Assembly (NCBI GenBank): GCA_963810935.1
Contig: CAWEPK010000007.1
Span: forward strand, 224,001-288,000
Source: an uncultured delta proteobacterium
GTDB taxonomy: Bacteria > Desulfobacterota > Syntrophorhabdia > Syntrophorhabdales > WCHB1-27
DNA: 64,000 nucleotides
Reading direction: 5' to 3'
Within the stretch, counting starts at the first letter, position 1. The number at the start of each line of letters is the position of its first letter. Both the position numbers and the translations under genes were made by a program. This document shows, piece after piece, positions 1-9,251 of this stretch. Below the pieces are notes generated by a model that saw nothing but the letters and a program-made list of their open reading frames with translations, had not been told where the DNA came from and searched no databases.

Positions 1-34
1 GCGGCTGTTCACCCCGGAAGACACGGCGCTCGCG

Positions 35-1042
35 TTGCACCTGACGCTTATCCCCGAGGAGCCCCGCGTGATTGCGCGGCGGGCCGGGATCGCGGTCGGG
101 GAGGCTGCCGGGCGGCTTGCGGACATGGACAAGAGGGGACTTGTCCTTGCCGTCCGGCGCGAGGGCGGGACCGTCCTTTACATGGCCCAGCAATTCGTCG
201 TGGGCATCTGGGAGGCGCAGATAAACAGGCTGAGCAAGGAGCTTGTCGAGGACTACGAAGAATACGCGCCGTCCCTGCTCGACATCGACACGTGGAAGAA
301 GGCCCCGCAGCTTCGCACGATCCCGGTGAACAAGAGCATCGACGCAAAGAGCGAGATCATGCCCTACGAGCAGGCCGAAGAGCTGGTGGCCGCCAAGGAA
401 ACCTTCGCCGTCTCCAATTGCATCTGCAGGCAGGAGCGGCAGGTTATGGGCAAGGGGTGCGGGAAGCCCCTGGAAAGCTGCCTCCAGATGGGCATGGCGG
501 CGGAAAGCGTGGTGCGCACCGGCCGGGGCAGGGCCATCAGCCGCGAGGAAGCCCTCGAAATCCTCCACCGGGCGGAAAAGGCAGGTCTGGTCCTTCAGCC
601 GTCGAATGCCAAAGACGTGCTGTTCATCTGCACGTGCTGCGGCTGCTGCTGCGGTGTGCTCAAGAGCCTCAGGCACCACCCGAAGCCCGCAAGCGTCGTT
701 TCGAGCCCGTTCTTTGCGAAGCTCGATGCAAAGACGTGCAAGGGCTGCGGCGCATGTGTCAAACGCTGCCAGATGAGGGCCTTTTCCGTCAAAGACGATA
801 AGGCGGCGCTCGATGCGGACCGCTGCATAGGATGCGGGCTCTGCGTTACCACGTGTCCCACCGGCTCCCTCTCGCTCGTGCGGAAGACGGAGCAGCCGTA
901 CCTGCCGGGAAATATAATCGGAACTTACATAAGGCTGGGCAGGGCGAGGGGCAAATTGAGCATCAGGAGGCTGATCGGCATGCAGATAAAATCGAAGTTA
1001 GACCGTCTGCTTGCACACAAACGGATCAATCGTGCGGGGTGA
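35..1042 (+). CDS. 4Fe-4S dicluster domain protein (5' end probably before the window)
   Basis: CxCR...C, ICTCCGCCC and two CxxCxxCxxxC(P) ferredoxin motifs. Confidence 0.85.
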   Translation: MHLTLIPEEPRVIARRAGIAVGEAAGRLADMDKRGLVLAVRREGGTVLYMAQQFVVGIWEAQINRLSKELVEDYEEYAPSLLDIDTWKKAPQLRTIPVNKSIDAKSEIMPYEQAEELVAAKETFAVSNCICRQERQVMGKGCGKPLESCLQMGMAAESVVRTGRGRAISREEALEILHRAEKAGLVLQPSNAKDVLFICTCCGCCCGVLKSLRHHPKPASVVSSPFFAKLDAKTCKGCGACVKRCQMRAFSVKDDKAALDADRCIGCGLCVTTCPTGSLSLVRKTEQPYLPGNIIGTYIRLGRARGKLSIRRLIGMQIKSKLDRLLAHKRINRAG

Positions 1043-2054
1043 TGATGACTTTGAGGCAGTCCTTCCCTGCGCCCGCTGTCCTGAACCCCTTCGCGATGTC
1101 GGCAAGGCCGAACCTGTGCGTGATCATGTCCCGCACCTCGACGCTCCCCGCCGTGATTAAGTCGAGCGCCTGCCTGTTATCGAGCGGCGCGGCCCCGTAG
1201 CACGTCTTCATCCGCACGTCGTTGCGCCAGAACGGCGTCAGGTCCACGCTCAACATCTCGCCGGGGTTCGGCACCGCAAAGAAGAGCACAGTCCCGCCAC
1301 GGTCAACCGCCAGAAGCGCCTGCTGCGCAGCCGACAGCACGCCTGCGCAGACGATCACCTTGTCCGCGAGCCGCCCGCCCGTGACCTCGCGGATTGCGGC
1401 GGGCAGGTCCGCGTCCGCCCGTATCGCAACCTGCGCGCCGAAGCGTTTTGCCGCCTCCAGCCTGTATGCGTCTACGTCGGTCGCTATGATGCTGCCTGCG
1501 CCCAGGGCGCGCGCTACCTTTATCATGAGCAGGCCCGCAAGCCCGCAGCCGAGCACGGCGAGCGTATCGCCCGGCGAAATCTCTATCGCCCTCATGCCCC
1601 TGACTACCGTGCCCAGGGGCTCGATGAACGATCCCTGTTCGTAGGAGACGCTGTCCGGCAGCACGAGCGTGCCCGTCTCGATGCTCTTTCCCGTCACGCG
1701 CAGGTATTCCGCAAAGCCGCCGGGGTCGAAATTGTTCTTCGTCTGGAATACCGGGCAGGCCGTCTGGTGGCCGCGCACGCACCAATGGCAGGCGTCGCAC
1801 GGGACATGGTGCGTCGCGAAGACCCTGTCGCCCGGCTTGAATTCCGTGATCGCCTCGCCGACCTCGACCACCTCGCCGGCAAGCTCATGGCCTAGTACGA
1901 GGGGCGCCTTCTTTATGCGGTACCATTCGAGCACGTCGCTGCCGCAGATGCCGCTCGCCATGACTTTTATAAGGATGTCCCTCGCGCCGACCTTCGGCAC
2001 CGGCAGCTCTTCGAGCTCGACTTTGCTGTTGTTGTAGTACATCCCGACGCGCAT
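1026..2054 (-). CDS. Zn-dependent (sorbitol/threonine-DH-like) alcohol dehydrogenase
   Basis: GICGSD, GHE, CxxCxxC...C structural Zn site, GxGxxG Rossmann motif. Confidence 0.9.
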   Translation of the reverse strand: MRVGMYYNNSKVELEELPVPKVGARDILIKVMASGICGSDVLEWYRIKKAPLVLGHELAGEVVEVGEAITEFKPGDRVFATHHVPCDACHWCVRGHQTACPVFQTKNNFDPGGFAEYLRVTGKSIETGTLVLPDSVSYEQGSFIEPLGTVVRGMRAIEISPGDTLAVLGCGLAGLLMIKVARALGAGSIIATDVDAYRLEAAKRFGAQVAIRADADLPAAIREVTGGRLADKVIVCAGVLSAAQQALLAVDRGGTVLFFAVPNPGEMLSVDLTPFWRNDVRMKTCYGAAPLDNRQALDLITAGSVEVRDMITHRFGLADIAKGFRTAGAGKDCLKVIITPHD

Positions 2055-2077
2055 GTGACGCCCTCTATCTTTCGGTG

Positions 2078-2980
2078 CTACCGTTTTTTCCGGCCCTTCG
2101 ATTGCGCGGCCTTCTCCGACAGGTAAAAGTCATACGCAGCCTTCGGTTTTTCATTCTCGTGGACGACCTTCCTCACCGCCTTTATCATCGCGACGGGCGC
2201 GTCCGACTGAAAAATATTGCGCCCCATGTCAACGCCCGATGCGCCCTGCTGGAGCGCGTTGTAGGCCATCGTCAGCGCGTCCAGCTCGGGCAGTTTCTTC
2301 CCGCCCGCGATGACTATCGGCACGGGGCACGAGGCAGCGACCGTGTCGAACCCTTCTTCCGTGTAGTACGTCTTGACGTAGGTGACGCCAAGCTCCGCGA
2401 TGATGCGGCAGGCGAGGCGCATATATTTCGCGTCGCGGGCCATGTTCGTGCCGACGGCGGTGACGCCCAGCGTGGGGATGCCGTAGCGGTTGCCCATGTC
2501 GACGAGGCGCGTCATGTTGTGTACCGACTGCGTCTCCATCTTGCCGCCGATAAAGACCTGCACGGCCATGGCCGCGACGTTCAGGCGGATCGCCTCGTCG
2601 ATGTCGATGGCGATCTGCTCGTTCGACAGGTCGCTTAAAATGCTCGGGCCGCCGCTCGCCCGCAGCACGATCCCCTTGCCGAACGTGGGCGGTATGACCG
2701 CGCGCAGGATGCCGCGCGTAAGCATCAGCGTGTCTGCGTAGGGCAGCAGCGGCAGGATGGTGACGTCGACGCGCTCAAGGCCCGTTGTCGGCCCCTGGAA
2801 ATATCCGTGGTCGATAGCGAGCATGACGGTCCTACCGGAGACAGGGTCGAATATCCGCGACAGGCGGTTCTTCATCCCCCAGTCGGTGGAGTTGCAGCCT
2901 TTCAGAAAGAACGCCTCGCACGTGGCCGGGACGTCCGTATAAAACTCTTTTTCCTTTTGCGATTCATCGGCTTCGGGCAT
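2078..2980 (-). CDS. lsrF: LsrF-family aldolase/thiolase (3-hydroxy-5-phosphonooxypentane-2,4-dione thiolase)
   Basis: [46 protein letters not shown] match LsrF. Confidence 0.9.
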   Translation of the reverse strand: MPEADESQKEKEFYTDVPATCEAFFLKGCNSTDWGMKNRLSRIFDPVSGRTVMLAIDHGYFQGPTTGLERVDVTILPLLPYADTLMLTRGILRAVIPPTFGKGIVLRASGGPSILSDLSNEQIAIDIDEAIRLNVAAMAVQVFIGGKMETQSVHNMTRLVDMGNRYGIPTLGVTAVGTNMARDAKYMRLACRIIAELGVTYVKTYYTEEGFDTVAASCPVPIVIAGGKKLPELDALTMAYNALQQGASGVDMGRNIFQSDAPVAMIKAVRKVVHENEKPKAAYDFYLSEKAAQSKGRKKR

Positions 2981-3071
2981 GGTCTGCTCCTGGAGTAAAT
3001 TTGACTCTCGCTTCAGGTATTATGCCACAGTCGGGGTGCGAAATAAATGAACCGCTGCCTGCGGGCCGTCT

Positions 3072-3378
3072 TTACACCTCTTTCAGCACCATGATCGACG
3101 TGGACTCTCTGAGGTCTTTTACAGCCTTCGAGAAGGCCAACATGTGCGGCGTCGCCCCGTGGGCCTTCAGCGCGTCTATGTCCTCCCACTTCTCCAGTAT
3201 GACAACCCTGCTCGCGTCGCGCGCCTGGCCCGGCAGACCCGCGTCCATATCGACGGCGACGAAATACTCGACGCAGCCCTTCTCCTTCCTCACGCTCAAG
3301 CGCCGTCTCATTGAACAGTCGCAGAAAATCGTTCAGCTTCCCTTCCTTCGCCTTGATAGAAACGAGAAGATGGATCAT
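3072..3378 (-). CDS. Antibiotic biosynthesis monooxygenase (ABM/LsrG-like) protein, one apparent frameshift near 3300
   Basis: MIHLLVSIKAKEGK joins VRKEKGCVEY...ILEKWEDIDALKAHGATPHM across a one-base shift. Confidence 0.7.
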
Positions 3379-3506
3379 TTTGGCCTCCCTGGTCATTGGT
3401 CTTGTGGTTTTTTTACATAGCGATAAATAGAAATTTAACAGAGCCGCCGAAGGCGGTCAAGGAAAGCCCGCTGGGTTTTGAGGGGTCGATTGTCTAAGGC
3501 TATACC

Positions 3507-3983
3507 TTACTCTCGACCCATGTTCCATAGGAAACGTGGATATCTGATGTAAGGAACGCCTAAGAGGGAACAGATGTCAGGTATTTTCTTTTTGATAGGC
3601 GCAGTAACTCCTGGCCTTGGTACCTCATTTGTTACGACCGTTGCGTCTAGTTGGATAGCGTGTGCTATCAAATACGGGTCCGCTTTTCTATCTAGTATTT
3701 CTATATCAACGTCGTCCATCTCACCATAAGCCGTGAGGACGCTGCTGATATGCGGTAAAGCTGATGTGATATTTTCTCTTCGAATTCCTGACAGACCAGT
3801 GAGAAGGCGGAATAGGCCATCGTCACCCCTCTCTATTTCCTCCATTACCTTGTCGCATATCAATATCTGGTGTTCGTTATCAGGGTCTCGAATCCAATCC
3901 CAAAAATCACCGTGATTGCCATCCGGTGGAAAATCATAACGGAAAGCGTGAATCAGAGCATCGGAGTCCATCAGGAATATCAC
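3507..3983 (-). CDS. PIN-domain protein, DUF4411 family
   Basis: MDSDALI, EEI, ADPYLIAHA, VVTNE, KIPDIC motifs; overlaps the XRE-peptidase stop. Confidence 0.85.
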   Translation of the reverse strand: MIFLMDSDALIHAFRYDFPPDGNHGDFWDWIRDPDNEHQILICDKVMEEIERGDDGLFRLLTGLSGIRRENITSALPHISSVLTAYGEMDDVDIEILDRKADPYLIAHAIQLDATVVTNEVPRPGVTAPIKKKIPDICSLLGVPYIRYPRFLWNMGRE

Positions 3984-5194
3984 GCCTTAGCACCAGTATA
4001 CAGCTTACTAAAATGATCGATTTTAACGTTCATGAGCTGCGAGGCATTGAGGAAAGATAATTTTCCTGCTTGAGCGGCTTCAATGATGGTCTTTATCAAC
4101 CTCTTGCCCAGTCTGTTCTGAACTCTCATTGCGTATCCTGGACCTCCCTCTGCTTCTTGCAAGCGTTCTTTATCTGCTTGCCACTGGACCTTGATCTGTT
4201 TATAGAAGGTCCAGTAAAACTTCTCATCTATCATACCCAAGTTCAGAAGCCTTCGAGCGACGACTATTCGGCTAACTCTAAACATGTGAGATATGTTTGC
4301 AATAGAGTCGTATAGATTGGGCTGTCGAAATTGCCATTCATTGCGCAACTCATCCTCTGGAACAAGAAATTCCGCCGCCACTTTATTGCAGAACGCCTCA
4401 TTGATCCGTTGGTTAGTCCTGCTGACAGCCAGAGCGTCCTCGTTAGATACCCCTGTTTCTCCGAGCCATAGATGAGATAATTCATGAATTAACGAGAAAA
4501 TCCTGGCCACCTTGGGGTCATTAGGATTAATGACAACCATTGGGGCAACGGGATCACTAATCGCTAAGCCACGGAATTGATCTGTCGATATTGCGCTATG
4601 GTGACTACCCAAATTACCTTCAAGAAGGACCAATATTCCGACTTCCTCGGCCCTATTGCGGATGAGCGAAAACAGGTTTTCCGAGGTCTTGGTCTTCCGT
4701 TGGTCCTGAATAGAGAATCTAATCACTTGCCTTATGCTCGCGACCACCTCTTTTATAGGCGTATCGAAGCGAACGGAGCCGATGAAAGAAAGAACCCCTT
4801 TTCTTTCCTCCTTGAGCAAGTCTTTCACTTGTCTCTGAAAACTCTCTGCATGGCGGATAAAGGCTGCAAATTCGGGAGAGTCAGTCCTGCCAACCAGAGC
4901 GTCCCCAATAGTGCGGAAATCAGCTATTTTGGTTTCAGAAAACGGAGGGTTTGCCAAAAAAAACGTCAGGACCGGCCGCCTATAAGCCTTTGCCATTTTC
5001 TCTAATTGTGCGAAGGTAGGCGATTCCGAGCCGCCCTCCCATCTCTCAAGCCGTTCGGGCGCATTCATGCCTTTGAACGCTCCCCTTGGCTTGAGATTTT
5101 GAAGTCCCGCCCTGCTGGCCGCCTCTTCAAGAGAAAGCCGCGCTTCTTCTCTCGCCCATTTTAAAATTCTGCTATTTATGGGTGCTCTTTCCAT
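3980..5194 (-). CDS. XRE HTH + ImmA/IrrE metallopeptidase
   Basis: N-terminal HTH (LKWARE...WEGG..SPT), FSLIHELSH (HExxH), EAFCNKVAAEFLVP. Confidence 0.9.
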   Translation of the reverse strand: MERAPINSRILKWAREEARLSLEEAASRAGLQNLKPRGAFKGMNAPERLERWEGGSESPTFAQLEKMAKAYRRPVLTFFLANPPFSETKIADFRTIGDALVGRTDSPEFAAFIRHAESFQRQVKDLLKEERKGVLSFIGSVRFDTPIKEVVASIRQVIRFSIQDQRKTKTSENLFSLIRNRAEEVGILVLLEGNLGSHHSAISTDQFRGLAISDPVAPMVVINPNDPKVARIFSLIHELSHLWLGETGVSNEDALAVSRTNQRINEAFCNKVAAEFLVPEDELRNEWQFRQPNLYDSIANISHMFRVSRIVVARRLLNLGMIDEKFYWTFYKQIKVQWQADKERLQEAEGGPGYAMRVQNRLGKRLIKTIIEAAQAGKLSFLNASQLMNVKIDHFSKLYTGAKA

Positions 5195-5342
5195 AAGGCC
5201 CGCCCTTTGCGCATTTTATCGTGCCCGAATGCGTGTGTCAATAACTCATAGTGTAACTACTTTGATTGAAGGGAACAAGCAGTGCTATTTTGCTGATTAT
5301 TCTTATAAGACCGGGCCGGCCGCCCTCCTTATGTATGGATAG

Positions 5343-5514
5343 TCACTCCGCACCCGGGGACGAAGGCGGAATCGCCGGCATTTGCACTGGCGTCCTCGCC
5401 GTCTGCCTCGCGCAACGGCGCGGTCCTCTCAGCCATGACGTTTATCACGCCGTCCTTGCACTCAAGCGAGCCGTTAATGATGAGAAGCGGTTCCAGGCGG
5501 ACTACCTGCCTGTA
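5343..5514 (-). pseudogene. Second copy of the dnaE2 3' end (remnant)
   Basis: 5412-5514 is a near-direct repeat of 9283-9386; reads YRQVVRLEPLLIINGSLECKDGVINVMAERTAPL...*. Confidence 0.75.
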
Positions 5515-5523
5515 ACTTGCCCG

Positions 5524-5805
5524 CTAACCGAACCTCAAGCTTACGCCGCAGCCGCCTGTGGGGAAGCGCCATTCTATGTTGAGGTGCGGGCATGCCACCC
5601 TGCACGAGCCGCATTCCACGCAGCCTTCCCAGGCAACGCCGATGCGGCCGTTTTCGAGGCGGTAGACGTTTGCGGGACAGAAATAGAGGCACGGCTGTCC
5701 TGCGCAGCGCGTTTCACAGACCGCGCCGTCGATGATCCTGATATGGGCCTCGTCTGCTATGCGGAAGCGGTCGAGGAACAGCTCGTCTTCGATCTTTACG
5801 CTCAC
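5524..5805 (-). CDS. fixX: FixX-like ferredoxin
   Basis: PCLYFCPANVY, EGCVECGSCRVAC, WRFPTGG; coupled to fixC. Confidence 0.85.
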   Translation of the reverse strand: MSVKIEDELFLDRFRIADEAHIRIIDGAVCETRCAGQPCLYFCPANVYRLENGRIGVAWEGCVECGSCRVACPHLNIEWRFPTGGCGVSLRFG

Positions 5806-7104
5806 TTTACGCTCCTCCAGCCGTCCCACAGGATACGGAGCAGCCTGAGGGCGGGGGCCTGTTTGAAGATCCCCCGCCTGATGGCCTTCTGCTTCACTTT
5901 TTTGGGCGTCCCATCAACAGTCAGCATCTCCCTGGCCGCAAACGCGGCGGCCTGCGGCAGCCCGGAGAACAGCTCGTGACGGCGGAGGCGGAACGCGTTG
6001 AACCCCCGGTATTTTTTCATATCGGCGATCACGTAGGAGTCCCGCAGGCGGGACACGTAGCCTCCGAGGCCGCGCCTGCTGAAATCACCTTTTCCGAAAG
6101 CCTCGGCGATAGATTCCGCGGCCAGCCTGCCGGAGGCCATGGCCATGTTCGACCCTTCCCTGTGAAGGGCGTTGAAGAGCATCCCCGAATCGCCCGCGAT
6201 GAGATAACCGTCCCCTGCCAAATCGGGCATGGAGTCGTAGCCGCCCTCCGCTATCCAGTGGGCCATGTACTCCCTCGGCTTGCCGCCCGCGATGAGGGGC
6301 GCGACGCGCGGGTGCGCCTTGAATTCATCGAGCATCTCGTACGGTCTCACCCGGTGCGCCTGAAGGTCGGAAAGGTTGGCGCCGACGGCGACGGAGAGGG
6401 AGGTCCGGTTCGTGTAAATTATGGCTATCCCGTCCATGCCCTTCGTAATCGTGCCCAGCACCTCCGCGGTTACGCCCGAGCCCGTGCCGACGTGGAACCG
6501 CTCGTTGATCGTCTCTTCGGACAGCTCTATGACCTCCTTGACGGCCAGCGCCACCTGGTCGGGTTTCACTTCCGGCCTGAAACCCGTCTTTGCGGCAAGC
6601 GGCGAGTTGACGCCGTCCGCCAGGAGCACGACCTTCGCGCGGACGTCGCCGTCGGGACGGTCGGTCCGCACGCCCGCCACACGGCCGCCCGTCCCTAAGC
6701 AGGTCGGTGACCACGGTGGCCGGCACGACGAGCGCGCCCCTGGATGCCGCCTGCTCCGCGAGCCATCGGTCGAATTTGGCCCTGCCTACGGTGAAGCTGT
6801 TCAGCCTGCGGTCCTCCTCGAAGGCCCGGTCGAGGAAAGAGACGGTGTAGCCGCCGCTGTCGGAGAGGTACCACATCTGGGTTTCGACGATGTTCCGCTC
6901 GACGGGGCAATTCTTGGCCGCGAAATCGGGGACGACTGCGGCCAGGTCATGCCCGTACATGACGCCGCCCGACATATTCTTGGCGCCGGGGTATTCTCCC
7001 CGCTCGAAGACTATGGTCTTTACGCCTTTTTCCGCAAGGATGCACGCGGCCGAGCTGCCGGCCGGACCCGCTCCGACTATGGCGACGTCGAATTCTTCTC
7101 CCAT
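5802..7104 (-). CDS. fixC: FixC-like ETF:quinone oxidoreductase flavoprotein, apparent frameshift near 6690
   Basis: VGAGPAG, ERGEYPGAKNMSGG, LADGVNS, LIAGDSG, HREGSNMAMASG split over ORFs 6325-7104 and 5802-6680. Confidence 0.85.
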
Positions 7105-7110
7105 GTCCGC

Positions 7111-8369
7111 CTTAAGCCTCTCTCGTCTTCCCTTTTATCCTGCGCTCTAATTCGTCTGTGAAAAGGGGCAGTACTTTTCCTGTAATCGCCTACGATGCTT
7201 ACATCCGCCACGCCGAATATGGGCGCGTGAGGGTCCGAGTTGATGGCCACGATCCGCTCCGAGCCCTGCATGCCGACGAGGTGCTGGACGGCCCCGGAGA
7301 CGCCCACGGCCACGTACAGCCTGGGCGCGACCGTCTTTCCGGTCTGGCCGACCTGCCGCTCGTAGGGCAGAAGGCCCGACTCGACGACCGGCCTGGAACA
7401 GGCGACTGCGCCGCCGAGGACGTCCGCGAGCCGCTCCAGCATAGGCATCGCTTCCGCGTCGCATGCCCCTTTTCCGGCTACGATAAGGGCTGGGAATCGG
7501 GTAATATCGACCTTGCCGTCCGCCGCGTCTTTGATGAACTCGACCATGGACGGCAGATCGCCCGGCGGCGGATCGAACGGGTGATGGTGTATGTCCCCTT
7601 TTCTTTCCGGGTCTTCTTTCGGCAGGCCGAAGACCTTGGGCCTGACGGTGCTCATCTGCGGCCTGTGCCGCTCGCAGAATATAGTCGCCATGATGTTGCC
7701 GCCGAAGGTAGGCCGCGTCATCAGCAGGATGCGCTTTTCCTCATCGATGTCGAGGCCGGTGCAGTCCGCCGTCAGCCCGGTCTCCAGGATGGTGGCCACT
7801 ACGCCGGACAGGTCGCGGCCGGCAAGGGTCGCGCCGATCAGCAGTATCTCGGGCTTGACCGCAGCGCAAAGGTCGCTTAGCGCCTTGCCGTAAGGGCGGG
7901 ACAGGTAGGAGGCAAGCATCGGGTCGTCGATAACGTGCACGTCGTCGCAGCCGTAAGCTACGGCCTGCCTTGCCACGTCCTCCACCCCGCTGCCCAGAAC
8001 GAAGCCGATCACGGTCGTGCCGAGCTTTGCCGCCAGCTCCCTTGCCTTGCCCGCAAGCTCCCATGATACGGTCGCGCCCCGGCCGTCTGCTATCTCGACG
8101 AAGATGCCTACCCCGGCGTAACCGGGGACGCCCGCCTGCGCCTTCTTCGGCCCTGCGCCCTTGCGCCTTTTGCCTTCGAACTTGATCGAATCGACCGGGC
8201 AGACGTCGAAGCACTTCCCGCAGCCGATGCAGACCTCGGGGTCGATGCGTGCCGTGCCGTCCGCCATCTCGATGGCGCCTACCGGGCAGACGCCCGTGCA
8301 AACCTGGCAGCCGATGCATTTGTCGGTTATTATCTCGGCAAGCTCGAACCCCTTTTTATTTTTCGCCAT
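7111..8369 (-). CDS. etfA: ETF alpha subunit with N-terminal 2x[4Fe-4S] domain (extra A in a run near 7175 distorts the C-terminus)
   Basis: Two CxxCxxCxxxCP motifs, [35 protein letters not shown]. Confidence 0.9.
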
Positions 8370-8379
8370 CTCTCTTTTT

Positions 8380-9216
8380 TCAGCTCTCCCAGCGCTTCAA
8401 AAGCCCCTCTGCATACGCCTCGTTTCCCATGAGGGCGTCCACGCAGGCCTCGACCGCAGCCATGGGGTCCTCCCGCCCGTCAAAGCTGGACCCGCCTTTC
8501 TTCGCAGGGGGCGAGAATATCTTTCTCACCCACGTAGGCGAGCCTTTCAGGCCCAACCGCCCGGCATCCGCCTGCAAGGACGCGGCGTCCCACACGTCCA
8601 CCTGCGCGCGCAGCGATGCGATCAGGCGGGGGAGGGAAGCCCTTTTTATTGCGACCATATCCAGCTCGACAGTGAGTACAGCGGGCAGGCTGCCGGCTAT
8701 CACTTCCGCGCCGCCCTCCGCTTTTCGTCTCACCGTCACGCCGCCCGCGGCTGTATCGACGTGGACGATCTCCGTTACGTAGGTGAGCTGCGTGAAGCCG
8801 AGGCGGGTAGCGACGCCCGGTCCCACCTGCGCCGTATCGCCGTCGATGGCCTGTTTCCCGCATATCACCAGGTCTACGGGGGCATCCTGCCGCAGCCTGT
8901 CGATTGCGCGCGCGAGGGTGTAGCTCGTCGCGAGGGTGTCGGCGCCGGCGAACGCCCGGTCGGAGAGCAGGACTGCCCTGTCCCCGCCGATAGAGAGCGT
9001 TTCCCGCAGGGCCTGTTCCGCCTGGGCCGGCCCCATAGTTATGACCGTGACCGTTCCGCCGCAGCTTTCCTTCAGGTTAACCGCCGCCTGCACGGCTACG
9101 AGGTCGTACGGGTTGGTGATCGACTCGATCCCTGCCCGGATGAGCGTGTTCGTCTCCGGATCGATCTTTACGTCCGCAGTGTCGGGCACCTGTTTGATGC
9201 AGCAAACGATGTTCAT
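8380..9216 (-). CDS. etfB: ETF beta subunit (FixA-like)
   Basis: CIKQVPD, NPYD, DRAFAGADTLAT, GKQAIDGDTAQVGP, GLKGSPT. Confidence 0.92.
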   Translation of the reverse strand: MNIVCCIKQVPDTADVKIDPETNTLIRAGIESITNPYDLVAVQAAVNLKESCGGTVTVITMGPAQAEQALRETLSIGGDRAVLLSDRAFAGADTLATSYTLARAIDRLRQDAPVDLVICGKQAIDGDTAQVGPGVATRLGFTQLTYVTEIVHVDTAAGGVTVRRKAEGGAEVIAGSLPAVLTVELDMVAIKRASLPRLIASLRAQVDVWDAASLQADAGRLGLKGSPTWVRKIFSPPAKKGGSSFDGREDPMAAVEACVDALMGNEAYAEGLLKRWES

Positions 9217-9251
9217 ATTCTCCTTGGGCCGGGGCCAGATCGTGGTGTAGT

